Assembly (NCBI GenBank): GCA_038087875.1
Contig: JAXLNO010003819.1
Location: 62,001-126,000 of the forward strand
Direction: 5' to 3'
Origin: Malacoraja senta
Taxonomy: Eukaryota
Length of the DNA stretch: 64,000 bases
The notes beneath the pieces were generated by a model. The model worked only from the letters and a program-made list of their open reading frames with translations, was not told the DNA's origin and did not search any database. The translations under genes and the position numbers were made by a program. Positions 10,961-24,860 of this stretch are shown one piece after another. Position 1 is the stretch's first letter, and every line of letters begins with the position of its first letter.

Positions 10961-13146
10961 TTTTTTTAATTTTTTTTAAATTTTTTTATTTTTTAAATAT
11001 TTTTATTTTATTAGAAGTAAGTACAATTGTATACAATCATATTTTCATAATACCTTTTATGTACAGCTTCTTATTTAAATTTTTTTTTGAAATAAAGAAG
11101 AAAAAGAAAAAAGTTAGGTAATGAAAAATAGAAAAATGTGAGATATATAGTGTGTGAAAAAGAAAAATAAAGAATGAAAAAATAAAGTTGAGACATAGAA
11201 AATAGAAGAAAGAGAATAAAAGAAGAGAAGAGAAGAAAAGAAAATAGAAGGAGATCATTTATAATCTTGACCATCCGCAGTCACGGATTAGCTTTTACAC
11301 CTGTTTTGCACCATATGTTTCCAAAAAGACGACAAATGGAGACCAACTCGTTATGAATTGGTCAAATTTATCTATTAGGAGGAATCGCATTTCCTCAAGA
11401 TGTGCGGTATCCAACATACTTGCAATCCACATTTTGAGCGTTGGTATTGGTGTATTTTTCGAAAATTTCAATATTAATTTTTTTGCTATTTTTAAACCAT
11501 AATTAAAAATTGACTTTTGAGATGAGCTCAATTTTTTCCCGTCTTCCATTACCCCAAATATAATCAATTCATTATTAGGTTCCATTTTTGTCTGAAATAA
11601 TTTTGTAAATATTTCGAAAATATCACTCCAAAATCCATGAAGTTTTATACAAGAAACAAAAGAGTGTGTTATAGTTGCGTCTTGGGTTAAACATTTATCG
11701 CAAATGGGCGATATATTTGGATAAAATTTATTTAATCTTGTTTTTGAGTAATATAATCTATGTAAAATTTTAAATTGGATTAGGTTATGTCTTGCGTTAA
11801 TCGAACACTTGTGAATGTATGTCAAATACTTTTCCCATGTAGCGTTCGTAATTTTTTATCAATAATTCCCGTTCCCACTCTTCTCTAATTACCTCGGTCA
11901 CAGGTAAATCTATATTTAAGATACTATTATATAAATATGATATTAATTTTTGTGTATCAGCTTTTATATTCATTACTTCTTCTAGTAAATCAGGAGTTAT
12001 TTTTTGATATCCCTGTATGTATGTCTTCAAAAAATTACAAATCTGAAAATATTTAAAATAATGAGTGTTTTTCAGTTTAAATTTTAATTGTAATTGTTGA
12101 AATGATAATAAATCTCCCATTTCATACATATCCCCGATCCTTTTAATTCCTAAACTTTCCCATTGATTATATATTTTATCCATCATAGATGGTTTAAATA
12201 AAGGATTATTCGCTATCGGTGTTAACAATGATAGGTTTCAAATTTTAAGGATAATTTTATTTGTTTCCATATTCTTATTGTATCTTGTATAATTGGGTTT
12301 TTCTTATATATTGTATTGTTCATTTTTTTCGGGGAGAAGAGGATTGTTCCTATATTACAAGGATAACAATCCTCTTTCTCCATTTTTATCCATTCTGTCT
12401 GTTGAGTTGAACTATCCAACCAGTAAATTATATTCTTAATATGTATTGCCCAATAGTAATACAAAAAATTAGGGAGTGAAAGTCCCCCGACATCTTTTGG
12501 TTTACATAAGTGTTCTTTTTGAATTCTATGTGATTTGTAATCCCAAACAAAATTAGTAATATTAGCGTTCAGTTTAGAAAAAAAATATTTTGGTACATAT
12601 ACTGGTATAGATTGAAATAGGTACAATAACTGTGGTAGGAAGCTCATTTTAATAGCATTTATTCTGCCTATTAATGATAAAGGGATTGTTTTCCAAAATT
12701 TTATCATTATATTAAGTTTATTTATCAAGGGTATAAAATTGACTGAATAAAGCTTTATGTCTTCTAGTAATCTGAATACCCAAATATTTGATTTTTTCTG
12801 TTGCTATTTTAAAGGGGAATTTCAATAAGTGTGTGGAGTCTTGAGGTTTTAACGTCATAATTTCACTTTTGTTCCAGTTTATTCTATATCCAGAAAAGGA
12901 CCCAAATTCCTCTATTAAATTTAATAAATTTGGTATGCTCGTTTGTGAATTTGTTATATATAACAAAATATCGTCTGCATACAATGACATTTTATTATTT
13001 GAGTCCCTAGTATTATAACCCTGAATATTCGGATGGCTTCTTATACTTTCAGCCAGAGGTTCTATCATAAGGGCAAATAGCAGGGGTGATAAAGCACATC
13101 CCTGCCTATTACCCCTTGATAATTGCAATTTTTGAGTTAACATGCT
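10961..13146 (-). mobile_element. 5'-truncated L1-clade LINE with a 42-bp direct flanking repeat
   Basis: ORF2 pieces 12718..13302 (QGCALSPLLF, YADD), 12222..12728, 11797..12228 and 11295..11825 (C-terminal CxxC..H..C). T-rich tail starts at 10961. Identical 42-mers at 10919-10960 and 13147-13188. Confidence 0.9.
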
Positions 13147-15191
13147 GCATTCGGCGTTGGGTGAAAATCCAACCGATTTCCGCAATTCAATATCCACAGA
13201 AACGTATATACCACGTTCGCTTTTTAGTTGACATGTTTTATCTGAACTTTGAGGGAAACCCAACGAGGAGGACGAACGCAGAGCACTATCGCAGGTGGAC
13301 ATGGCGAATAATTCATTTACGGGCCTGTTCTGTGGTTATCCTGTTATCCCACACTTTTTATCTTTACATCTCTTCCCTTTGTCCAACCATCTGGCAATCA
13401 AACCCACCCAGAATCCACCTGTCGTTTGACAGACTTGTGCCACCCCAACTCTCTTCCAGGTTCTCCACCACAATCCTTCTGAAGAGGGGTACGACCGTAA
13501 ACGTAGCCTATCGACGTTCGCCAGAGACATATCTGAATCCCTGAGTTACTCCTGCACTTTGCGTAGTTTAGTTTGCAACTAAGTATCTGCAGTTCTTTGT
13601 TTCAACATCTGCAGTTGACTTTACTCCGCTATTTCATACTAATGTTGACTAAGGTTGAGCGGCCTCCTGTGGGATATTCGGTAACTGCAAGCTGACTTTG
13701 GAGGAGCAAGAAACCGCCGACGCAGGTGACGAGCGGTTGGTTGAGCTGCCACCGGAAGGATGTCAATTTGAATCTACACCTCATCATTATTCGCTGCATC
13801 GACGCATTGCAGGAGGACAGCATTTGCAGAGCGTAGCTTCTCCACTTTGCTGGAAAGTGCAGGAAATAATTCTATGCATTAGCACCACACGCAGTTTTGT
13901 ACTGAAAACATTGTAGTCCATTAGAGACAATTCACAAATGACTAGAGATGCTGGAATCTGCGGCAAAAATAAAATTATGTTTTGGAGGAACGAAGCGGCG
14001 TCTGCCAGACATTGTACAAGAAAATGGAATGCGTGAGACGAGATGTAGTGCACGAACGGTGAATCCCCACCAGAAGATTAAAGAGGGAGAGACGGGTGGA
14101 TATAACAGCAGGGCTTGGTACGATGCCTGTTTCTTCGTTGTCCATATGGAACATCCTTTATTGCAAACCCATTCTCGCAAATTTCCCCATTCCGCCTGCC
14201 CTGCGCGGACTACGGTTAATGGACTGTATCTTGGAACCAGGCAGTACAGGCTAATATTATTAAGCTCGCCACTAACGTCTGCCCTGGCCTCCAATTGACT
14301 GGAACCATTTTGCCCCATCCTTTATCCTAATCGTTTTGTCTCTGTGATTACACCAGCTCAAGAGATGAAGGTTGATGTAATCGGCAGCAAAAAATAAAAC
14401 AATTTGCTGGAGTTGCGTCCACTTGAACCCTGTTGGGACCAGTATCCTGGCAAACTGCACAAAGAGGGCGGTAGATAGGGCCTCCTGCTGCAAGTAGGAA
14501 GTGTCAATATGAGATTTTGCAAACGCATAGAGGAGGCACGCAGGATCACGTGACGAGTTGTAGGCTACACAGACTCACTTCATTATCGTTACCGCTCATG
14601 GAGCCCTTTACTTTTGACGACCACGGATTGAATCGGGGGGCGGTGTTGTTGCATGGTTGACACCAACTCAGAACATGGGAACCTCGCCAGTCTTCCGCGG
14701 TGCTAGCAGTGAGCAAGTGTGGAATCGCTCTCCTCTTGTCCGCGGCTGCGATGACGTTGGCAATAAAGCACTCGATGTACTGCGCTCAGCTGCAATGAGC
14801 AACATTGCATACCCCAATCGAGCCGAATATCGCCAATGCAGGGAGCACACCTCTGTATCTTTCCCTTTGAATGGGTTCTATTTATGGTTCGTTATCTGAT
14901 CTGCTGGCTAGTATGCAAAACATAGTTTATTACTGTATCTCTAACCATTATAAATCTAAACCCAATCCATGTGTTATCCGGACACCAGACATGGCGATTG
15001 TGTTCACACAGATGCCGCCATCAGCACAGAGCACAGAAAATGAGTCGGTGGGTTTCAGCTGCGCAGATGACACCGCAAGCCGCCATCGAGAGAAACTGAG
15101 TGAGTTGGGAAGAATTCTCAAGCGGCGGGAAACCACAACCACCAAGCGCGGTGCAGACATATCTCGCTGCAGCAGCCAAAGGAGAAGCTGA

Positions 15192-15230
15192 TGTTTGTGT
15201 AGGAAGGTTTCACTAGTTTCCATCACTGTG
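15192..15230 (-). other. 23-RSS of V6
   Basis: CACAGTG + 23 nt + ACACAAACA. Confidence 0.9.
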
Positions 15231-16154
15231 AGGCTAAAGGCGCAGTAATAAACTGCAGAGTCGCTCAGCTCCAGCCCCGATAGGGTTAAACTGACTAATT
15301 TTCTATCGGTCTGGAGCTGTACAGAGAACCGATCGCCGGCAAAATCGGCTTTCTTCTCGGATCCACCTGAATGTTTCCACAGTATGAACTCTGGCCATGA
15401 GTCCTGATGATGCCGGTACCAAAATAAGAAGTAGCCCGTTACTGCGGTATCATAGGTGCAGCTGAAAGTCATCGACTGTCCTTCTTCTTTCTGTGCTGAC
15501 GGCAGCGATTGTGAGACGGTATCTCCATGATTGGGATCTGAAACAATATATGGATTATGTTTAAGTTTGTCATGCGTGCACCGAAATACGCGGAAGACCT
15601 TTGTATTACATACTACCAAACAGATCAACTGATAATATACAATCAAATCAAACGCACGTTCAACAGATAGATAAAGGGAAGATAGCGAGTGCAGAATAAA
15701 GTTCATATTATTGTAGCGAATCAGTTCCAGAGACAAATGCCAATGTCGACACTGGGGTAGATATGGATTGCATAGGTCCCTTGCATATTGGGGTGAATCG
15801 TGCATTGCCGCGGCTGAGAGGTAGTAAGGAACTGCAGATGCTGACTTAAACCGAAGTTAGACACAAAACGTTGGAGTAACTCAGCGAGACAGCCTGCCTC
15901 TCTTGACAAAAGGAATAGGTGACCTGAAGAAGGGTTTCGAACCGAAACATTACCTATACCAATTCATTTTCTCCATGGCATATGGATGGCGATTAGATAG
16001 TACCCGGCTTTCTATTTACATATAGGGAAAGATTAGACATGTTCGCATTCACAATGATGGTCGACGTTCCGTCGGATTAGGTAGCCGGATTAACTGCTGC
16101 GATTTTACCGATCAGGCATGCTCCCCACACAATCCAAATGGCAAATACGCGCAT
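15231..16154 (-). CDS. TRAV: TCR alpha/delta V segment V6 (family B), intact
   Basis: Leader 16154-16109 (MRVFAIWIVWGACLI-G|gtaaaa), intron 16108-15538, V exon 15537-15231 open with C, W and YYC. Confidence 0.93.
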
Positions 16155-16254
16155 TTTCCCTAGAAAAAACCCTTTGTGAAATTCCCTCCTCGACCTGGTG
16201 CTATGCGGCTTTCGGATGTCCTCGCCTTTCCTGCTGGTGCTGGAGGTGCAGTGG

Positions 16255-16275
16255 TGACGCTGGGCAGGAAGTGAC
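16255..16275. promoter_or_regulatory. Candidate CRE half-site plus ETS motif in the V6 promoter
   Basis: TGACG-ctggg-CAGGAAGTGAC ~100-120 nt upstream of the ATG; identical copy at 32901-32921 for V9. Confidence 0.5.
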
Positions 16276-16713
16276 TGACTTCCGCCTACCCCAGCTTCCT
16301 CCACAGTTGGGACTCGGTTAGTATTCTTTCAGGTTAAGCATGTAGTGACTGGGTGGGGAAGGAAACGTCCTCATCGCTGTAACAGGGGATACTCGGCGCG
16401 GCGTTATGAGGAACTCTTAGATATCATAGTGTAAAGGAACTGTGAGGAGCGGGTCAATGTGGTATTTATAGGTTACTTTGATTGCTGGCGAAATGTACTT
16501 TCTGTTTAAATTTAATTCCGAGTTCGAAATTATCCCCATTCCCACATCGAGCAGCATGGAACAGGTTTGATGCGAGATGGATGCAAGTTAGGATGCGAGG
16601 CCACCTTCAGAGTATTGCGTACCGTTTTGGGCACATATCATATGAAACATGTTGTCAAGCAGGAAAGGGTGCAGAGAATACTTGGGATAATATTGCCAGC
16701 ACCCAAGGGTCCT

Positions 16714-17030
16714 AGTTTTATTTAGTGTAGTTCAGAGATAGAGCGCGAAAACGGGCCCTTCGGCCAATGGCGTCCGCACCTACCAGCGATTCCCGCACAT
16801 CAACAATACCCACCACATACTAGGGACAATTTTACATTGATAACAAGCCAATTAACCTACAAACATGGACGCCTTTAGAGTGTGTGATGAAACCCAAGTT
16901 CTCGGAGAAAACCCACGCAAGTCGCGGGGAGAGCGTACAAACTGTGTACTGACAAGCACCCGTACTCAGGATACCCGGGTCTCTGGCGCAGTAAGGAAAT
17001 AGCTATACCGCTACGCCACCGTGCCGCCGT
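16714..17030 (-). mobile_element. tRNA-headed SINE, preceded by a short CR1 RT remnant (~16600-16712)
   Basis: Same SINE family as 9848; the CR1 remnant translates RPHLEYCVQFW-like. Confidence 0.65.
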
Positions 17031-17595
17031 GCCACTGAACTATGTGGTGAGAATTAGCTGGCTAGGACTATTCCATGATGCGCAGGGGGGTGACGGGTGT
17101 AAAACAATCATGAGACGAGTAGATCGGGTAAACGCACTGAGTCACTTGCCCCGTATAGGGGAATAGAGAACCAAGTTTAAGGTGTGTGTGGTGCGGATTT
17201 CACAGGAACCAGAGGGGTAAACTTTTTAGACAAACGGCGTTGGATGTCTGGATCCAGCTGCCGAGGTAGGTAGTTGAGGCAGGTGCTAGCGCAACAGACA
17301 GGTACATGCAAAGAATGGAAATGGAGGAATATTCCTTTTGGGATTAGTGTAGATGGGACATATTGATCGATGTTGGCAGGTTGGACCGAACTGCCCGTTC
17401 CCATGATGTATGACTTTCTGAGTCTGACTTGGAGAAATCCCCCCTACCACCCCCCTGTTTCCCCTTCCCCTTCCCCGCTTAGGTGCCATCGCATTCTCTC
17501 ACCATCTTGTACCCGAATTCCCTTTGTCCATTAAAATAATGTTTTATTTTATTGTTTCTTCTTATACGTGACAATAATAAACCAAACTTGACTTC

Positions 17596-17650
17596 ACGGA
17601 ACTGAACTGAATTAAACTAAACTGAACTGAACTGAACTAAACTAAACTTA
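17596..17650 (+). repeat. Degenerate (AACTG/AACTA)n microsatellite
   Basis: Pentamer run; paralog at ~34225-34275. Confidence 0.8.
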
Positions 17651-17928
17651 ATGAAATTCACAGACATGATTTGGGAACCGTTCAATGTACAATGACTTTC
17701 AGGTATATACGTGACGTAACGTTAGCTCATCATTTAAAGCCGAGCTCCTTGGGTAACACTATTTTGCTTTTATTGCATCAGATTTTCCCTTCTAAGGGCA
17801 GTGACTCCAGCGCAGCTGTTCAGTCAACAGAAAGACCCAACCCCGCTCACCGCTATTGGAAAGCCAACAGACAACGAGGGAGCGCTCTGTTTGCCAACGG
17901 CACAACAACAACTGCCCTGACAGACACC

Positions 17929-19431
17929 ATGTGGTTCCTCATTATTTGGATGTCGTGGGGAACATTTTTGATAAGTAATAGTAGGTATGTTACAAAACTT
18001 ACCTTCAGTCGCGCTGTAATTCTGCCACTGGCCGTGTGCGCGATTTTGGCGCCTTTAAGGGGGGGGGGGCGGGGTTAAAACGCGGTTTCTTCTCCCTTGT
18101 CCTGGAAATATTTTGTTGGAGTACAAAACTTCGCTGACAAAATCGTTCCTACCCGCGTTTTGTGATTTTTTTTTATTTATTAAATCGTCAATGTCAGCGC
18201 TACAGTCATTTTAAAATCAGCTCCTGAAGCGTCAACGCCAATAACGGGGACGGATTTCACACAACGGACAGGTAAACGAAAGTGCTTTCTTTAAATGTAT
18301 AAAAGTGCTTCTTAAGAAGCCTTTAATTCACATTTTGTCATGCGACACGGTGATTTTATTCCCCGAATTAACGGCAGTATTTTTCATGCCAATACGGGGT
18401 TAAATTCACCGCAAATGAACGTTCCAAAAGATCGCGTTCCAGAAATTCTCACTCGCAAGATGAATTAAATCCCCATTAATTTACAGGTATTAAACATTCA
18501 ATTCCTTCCATTTGGCCTGTAAATTCATGAAAATTAGATTAAAAAATTATGTTATATTGTGAATTATTGTGTGAATGTTATTTGGACACTTAGGCTATTT
18601 AAAAATGTTAATCTATTCTTAAGAAATTGATAGATGTTTAGATCTAGTAATTGAATTTTGTAATTAGCTACAATTAGGTAACTAACTAATTATATGCTTT
18701 ACTTTCATGTCTTCGAAGTAAGATTGTTTCATATTTGTTTCAGAATGCTTCAATGTATAATACCTGAAAATTTCTTTCAGTTACCATAATTTTTAAGAAA
18801 GTTATGGGCTTTTAACTGTCCTCGATCACAGCTTTTGTGTTAAGTCAATGGAAAAGCAATAGGGAACTAGATGCTAATTTCTGAGTATGATAATGGCCAT
18901 AACTTTTTTAATACTGAAGATATGAAAGTGAATTAAGTGTCAAATTAAACTTCTTTTTATGCTTTATCTGATGGGATAAATTGCAGACTTTATTTTTTAA
19001 ATCTCAAAATTTTGTAACATTGCTAGTAATAGTGACACACATGCATTTTTTCTCTCTTTTACTTGTGAAACAGGGTATGAATCTCGCAGGTCTGATCAAT
19101 TTTTTCCGTTTGCATTTATTTTTACAGATCACGGCCGTGCAGATTCCGTCACTCAGTCGTCGCCATTAGCAGTGAAGACAGAAGGAGAAGCAGTGACGTT
19201 GGAATGCACATACAAAACCCCGGGTGCCTACATTATATACTGGTATCGACAGATGCTCGTCTCAGCGCCCGAGTACACTTTACGGAAAGACAGCAATGGC
19301 AATGAATGGAAAGCGGACTTTGCTGTAGGTCGTTTCTCTGTCGAACTCCGCACCGGGAGTAAATTCATCAGTTTGACCATCTCAGATCTGGAGCTGAGCG
19401 ACTCTGCAGTTTATTAATGCACGTTGAGCCG
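17929..19431 (+). pseudogene. TRAV: TCR alpha/delta V pseudogene V7
   Basis: Leader 17929-17974 (MWFLIIWMSWGTFLI-|gtaat), V exon 19128-19431, in-frame TAA at 19415-19417 (Y*C instead of YYC). Confidence 0.92.
17983..19024. mobile_element. Non-autonomous TIR DNA transposon (~1.04 kb) in the V7 leader intron
   Basis: Termini AGGTATGTTACAAAA / TTTTGTAACATTGCT (13/15 inverted match). Flanking direct repeat AGTAATAGT at 17974-17982 and 19025-19033. Absent from the V10 paralog. Superfamily not assigned. Confidence 0.82.
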
Positions 19432-19469
19432 CACAGTGATGGGAATCAGTATACACCCGTACAGAAACA
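19432..19469 (+). other. RSS of V7 (22-nt spacer)
   Basis: CACAGTG + 22 nt + ACAGAAACA. Confidence 0.88.
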
Positions 19470-20814
19470 CAAGGCGCCTTGTGGCTCGGGTTGGAATCCA
19501 ATGCAAGCCTCACACCGGTTCCTGTTCGCGGTTTCCTGTCATTCTGAGAATTGTTTCCAAAGTCGTTTTTGGTACGATTTGCGCAGGTGCGCCGGTGGCT
19601 TGCTTCGTATTCGCTGAGATCTGTCAACCCTGTGTCTCTTCCTTCCGTTACTGGCTCCTGTTCTTTTGTATTCTCCGCTCCGTGTCTCTCTCTGTCCAAC
19701 AGCTTCGAAATTAAAGTCTCGCAGCTTCCCAGCTTTTCAGCAAACGCTGTATTAGGAATGTTCCTTGTTCTATTCGGATTCCGAAATTTTTTATTCAATG
19801 TCTCCCATGAGTTGTGAACATTTCCCACCGATTACGATGATCAGAACGCCATTAATAAGCTAATTTGGTCCACGCTGCTAAACAGGGTTTGTCGACTGCT
19901 CCGACAGCGCCAGAGACACGGGTGTGAACCTGACCTCGCCGTTGTCGGTGCGTAGTTTGCACGTTCTTCTGTTCGTTCAAATAGATCGTGATATAACGGA
20001 TAGTTGCAGGATATCTTACTCAGAATAAGGAAAGCAAGAACCCGCGGACATGGGTATAAGGTGGAGGGAGGCGGGGTGGGGGGAAGGGGTGGTTAATAGG
20101 AACCTGAGGGGTAACGTTTTGGACACATATGTGGCGGTGCATGGAAGGAGCTGCCGGAGGAGGCAGTTAAGGCAGGGACTATCGCAACGTTGAAGAAACC
20201 TTTAGACAAGGACATGGATTGGACAGGTTTAGAGGGATATGGGCAACACGCAGGCAGACGGGTGTACTAAATGCTGGAGTAACTCAGCGGGACAGGCAGA
20301 ATTTCTGGAGAGAAGGAATGGGTGACGTTTCGGGTCGAGACCCTTCTTCAGACGTCCTCAGATGGGGCATGTTGGTCGTCGTGGGCAAGTTAGGCCGAAG
20401 GACCCGTTTCCATGGTGTATGACTTTATGAATCTATAATTAATTTATTCTTCAATCCCCGACACCATCAATTGATTGGTGTTGAGATGCAACATGAAAAC
20501 AGGCCATTCATTGAACTGAGTGCACGTCGACCATCAATCACCTGTTCACACTAGTTCTTACTTTCGCATTTGCTCCCTAAGCATGAAGGCCAATTGACCT
20601 ACAATCTCGCAAGACATTCGAGATATGGGGGGAAATCGGGGGAAACATAAGCGGTCGCATGTATAACCGGCAGACTCCACACAGCCAGCACCTCAGGTGA
20701 AAAAAAAACGGGAAGCTTCACCACTGTGCCATGGTAGAGGGTTGAGGCGTAATAGAGAAATGGGGCATCAACGTTTGGGATACAATTTAGTTCATTCGAA
20801 AAATAAATTTAATT

Positions 20815-21105
20815 CAGTTTAGTTTCGAGATACAACGCAGAAACAGGTCCATCGGCCCACCGAGACCGCACCGACCAGCGAGCCCCACACATTAACATTA
20901 TCCTACACACACTAGGGACAATTTACACTTACACCAAGCCAATTAATCTACATGCCTGTACGCCACAGTTCTTGGGGAAAATCCACGAGGTCATGGTGAG
21001 AACCTAGAAACTCCGTACAGACAGCACCCGTAGTCGGGATCGATTCCGTATCTCCGGCGCTGGAAGTGCTGTGAGGCAGCAACTCTACTGCTGCGCCACC
21101 GTGGC
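20815..21105 (-). mobile_element. tRNA-headed SINE
   Basis: Head CACGGTGGCGCAGCAGTAGAG..GGAATCGATCC on the minus strand. Confidence 0.72.
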
Positions 21106-21703
21106 CGCTCGGAATTTAATTTGTTTGGATTCGAATGGTGGGCACGAAAAATTATTCACGCGAATGCTTTGCGGTTTGGGAGCACACCGTGAATGTTGGT
21201 ATATGAACACAAGGCATTTTTCGCGGGGAATAATAAAGATAGGCACCAAGACAAAAAAGATTTGCACACGCTAAAAAAAACTTCAAAATAAAAAAAATTG
21301 CCTTCTCCTCCTTGAACGAATAGTGATCTGGTAAATGTTTGAAGAAGCGACGAGTGGATCTCATAATTGAAACTGGAGATGAACAGCCAACAAAACAATT
21401 TGCAGCAATATGAAGTGTGACATACCGTTATTCAAGTAGAGGAGCGTCTTGGCGTTCAAATCTTCATCTCAATCTCGGATTCCTTGCCTTTCTCTTAACA
21501 TCTCCTCTGTGCCATTTTACAAAGCTCTTGCCCACATATCGCTCCTACTCGTGCCTTTGCCCTTATCTCATTTCAGCCCCTGACAACGCTCGGTTGTTAT
21601 AATATTATTATCAGTGGCATTAGTTTTATGTATGTTGTAAGATAATTCATTGATTTAATTGAGAAATTCTTGGCACTGTTATTTTGAAGAGCGCGCGCCG
21701 GTG

Positions 21704-23821
21704 TGGACATATTTGGCGACTTGATGCCTATCTTTATCATTCTCTCAGAACATTATTATTACCGATATTCAACCCGACGTGGTTCACCCCAAGCTCTGCC
21801 TCAACAATGACTGTATTCAGATAAAATATACCGTACGTCCAACAGTAGCAGTGCCCCCCAAGTTCGACTCTGTAGATCTGTGATTAGTCGGAGTATTTGG
21901 CAAATAAGCTTGCAGTGTAGTTACCCGATTGACCAACTAACCGGGATACACGCCTGAGTACACTGTAATTGACGATCCATTCCCTCTATAACAATATAAC
22001 CAGGTTATTCTGCCGAACACTTATTTTCCCAGCTGAATCCAGGCAGATCAATAACATTCGAACATTTTAAGACACGACAAAATTTTCCAGAAAGATAGCC
22101 AATTTAACGAAGAAAATTTTATGTAGCAATGTGTCTTTATTTGAAATAAAGATAATTTTCTTCTTGCTTGTTTCGCTTCCTTATGTAGGAATTAGGATCG
22201 TGCTAAGCGTTTATTCCGTATATCTTACCCTTTCTACCAGAACAGCCTTCCAGTACATTCTTGAAAGCAATCAAAAATTGATCCAATTCCGTGTAAATCA
22301 GGCCAAACTATATGTATTCCAGGGAAGAGAACACGGTTGACAATTTCGCAATGCGTTCTTCATTTTCTGGTTTCCTTATGATGCAGCAGATATTACATTT
22401 GCCTTCCGCAAATGAAAACATTAGAGACAAGTCGCAAATTACTAGAGGTGCTGGAATGTGCAGCAAAAATAACATTATGTGTTGGAGGATCTCAGCGGCG
22501 TCTGCCAGACATTGTACAAGTAAATGGAATTCGTGAGAAGAGATGTAGTACACGAACGGTGAATCCCCACCTGAGGATTAAATAATTAGTGGATGGACGC
22601 TGGCGAGTGAGAGACGGGTGGAGATAACAGCAGGGCTTAGTACGATGCCTGTTCCTTCGTTGTCCATATGGAACATCCTGTGTTGCAAACCCATTCTCGC
22701 AAATTTCCCCATTCGGCCTCCCCTGCGCGGACGACGGCTTGTGTACTGCCTCTTGGAAATCTTTGGCGACTTGATGCCTATCTTTATCATTCTCTTAGAA
22801 CATTCTTGTTACCGATATTCAACCTGACGTGGTTCACCCCAAGCTCTGCCTCAACGATTACTGTATTCAGACAAATTATACCGTACGTCCAACAGTAGCA
22901 GTGCTCCTCAAGTTCGACTCTGTAGATCTGTGATTAGTCGGAGTATTTGGCAAATAAGCCTGCAGTGTAGTTACCCGATTGACAAACTAACCGGGATACA
23001 CGCCTGAGTACACTGTGCTTGACGATCCATTCCATCTATAGCAATAAAATACCAGGTTATTCTGCCGATCACTTATTTTCGCAGCTGAGTCCAGGCAGAT
23101 CAATAACATTCGAACATTTTATGACACGCCTACAATTTCCAGAAAGATATCCCATTTAACGAAGACAATTTTATGTAGCAACGTGTCTTTATTTGAAATA
23201 AAGATAATTTTCATCTTGCTTGTTTCGTTCCCTTATGTAGGAATTAGGATCGTGCTAAGCGTTTATTTGCTATACGTTACCCTTTCTACCAGAACAGCCT
23301 TCCAGTCAATTCTTGAAAGCAATCAGAAATTGATCCAATTCCCTGTAAATCAGGCCAAACCTTATTTATGCCAGGGAAGAGAACACGGTTGGCAATTTCG
23401 CAATGGGTTATTCATTTTCTGGTTTCCTTATGATGCAGCAGATATTACATTTGCCTTGCGCAATTGAAAACATTGTGGTGCATTAGAGACAAGTCACAAA
23501 TGACTAGAGATGCTGGAATCTGCAGCAAAAATAACATTATGTGTTGGTGGAACTGAACGGCGTCTGCCAGACATTGTACAAGAAAATGGAATGCGTGAGA
23601 CGAGATGTAGTACACGGACGGTGAATCCCCGCCTAAGGATTAAAGAATTAGTGGATGGACTCTGGTGAGAGAGAGGCTGGTGGAGATAACAGCTGGGCTT
23701 GGAACGATGCCTGTTTCTTCGTTGTCCATATGGAGCATCCTTTGTTGCAAACCCATTCTCGCAAACTTCCCCATTCGGCCTCCCCTACGCGGACTGCGGC
23801 GTGTGGACTGCCTCTTGGAAA
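21704..23821 (+). repeat. Local tandem duplication, two copies of ~1.05 kb
   Basis: Copies start at 21704 and 22754; TGGAAA microhomology at the junction; single copy in the paralogous cassette (~37430-38500). Confidence 0.82.
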
Positions 23822-24269
23822 CATGCAGATCAGGCTAATATTATTAACTTCGCCACTAACGTCCGCCTCGGCCTCCAATTGACTGGAGCCACTTTGCCCC
23901 TCCTATTTCATAATCGTTTTGTCTCTGTGGTTACACCGAATCAACAGATGAGTGATCATGTAATCTGCAGCAAAAACATTAAACCATTTGCTGGAACAGT
24001 GTCCACTTGAATCCTGTTGGGACCAGTATCCTGGCAAACTACACAACGGGGCGGTAGATAGGGCTTCCTGCTGCAAGTGGGATGGTTCATATTGCCCCAC
24101 ACACCTTCAACATATATCCTCTGGTTCTCTATTCCGCTATACGGGGCAAGTGACTCTGTGCGTTTACCCGATCTACTCCTCTCATGGTTTTGGAGACCCT
24201 TCACCCCCCTGTGCATCATGGAATAAAGTCCTCGCCAACTCATCCTCACCATGCTCAGTGGCACGGCGG

Positions 24270-24860
24270 CACGGTGGCGTAACTGGATAGCTACATTCTT
24301 ACTGCGCCAGAGACACGGGTATGCTGACTACGGGTGCTTGTATGTACAGTTTATACGCTCTCCCCGTGACTTGCGTGGGTTGTCTCCGAGATCTTGGATT
24401 TTCGCCCACAATCCAAAGACGTACATGTTTGTAGGTTAATTGGCTTGTTATGAATACCTGGACTATGGTACAGCATCCCTCTTCCCATCAGAACAGCCCC
24501 CTCCATCACCTCTTTTAAGTCTAGACTTAAAACTAATTTCTACTCTCAAGCGTTTCCTGAGGTCCTCTGAGGGAGCGCTGCATGTATGTACTCATGTATG
24601 TATTGTTGATCTATGTACAACAGTATGTAGCACGTTTAGTACCTGCACTAATGTAAAGCACTTTGCACAACGAGAGTTGTTTTTGAATGTGCTATTGAAA
24701 TAAAATTGACTTTACTTGACTTGATCAATGCAAAATTGTCCCTAGTGTGCGTAGGGTATTGTTGATGTGCGAGGATCACTGGTAGGTGCGGACTTTGTGG
24801 GCCGAAGGGCAAGTTTCCGCGCTGTATCTCTGAATTACACGAATCAAACTCAGTCCCTTG
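24270..24860 (+). mobile_element. tRNA-headed SINE split by a ~270 bp secondary insertion
   Basis: Head at 24270, interrupted at ~24447 and resuming at ~24725; paralogs at ~38935-39530 and, inverted, ~50905-51430. Confidence 0.6.

Noticed and set aside
20815-21105. tRNA genes
   Set aside because: The A/B-box-like heads belong to dispersed ~300-bp SINE copies with no acceptor stem or cloverleaf.
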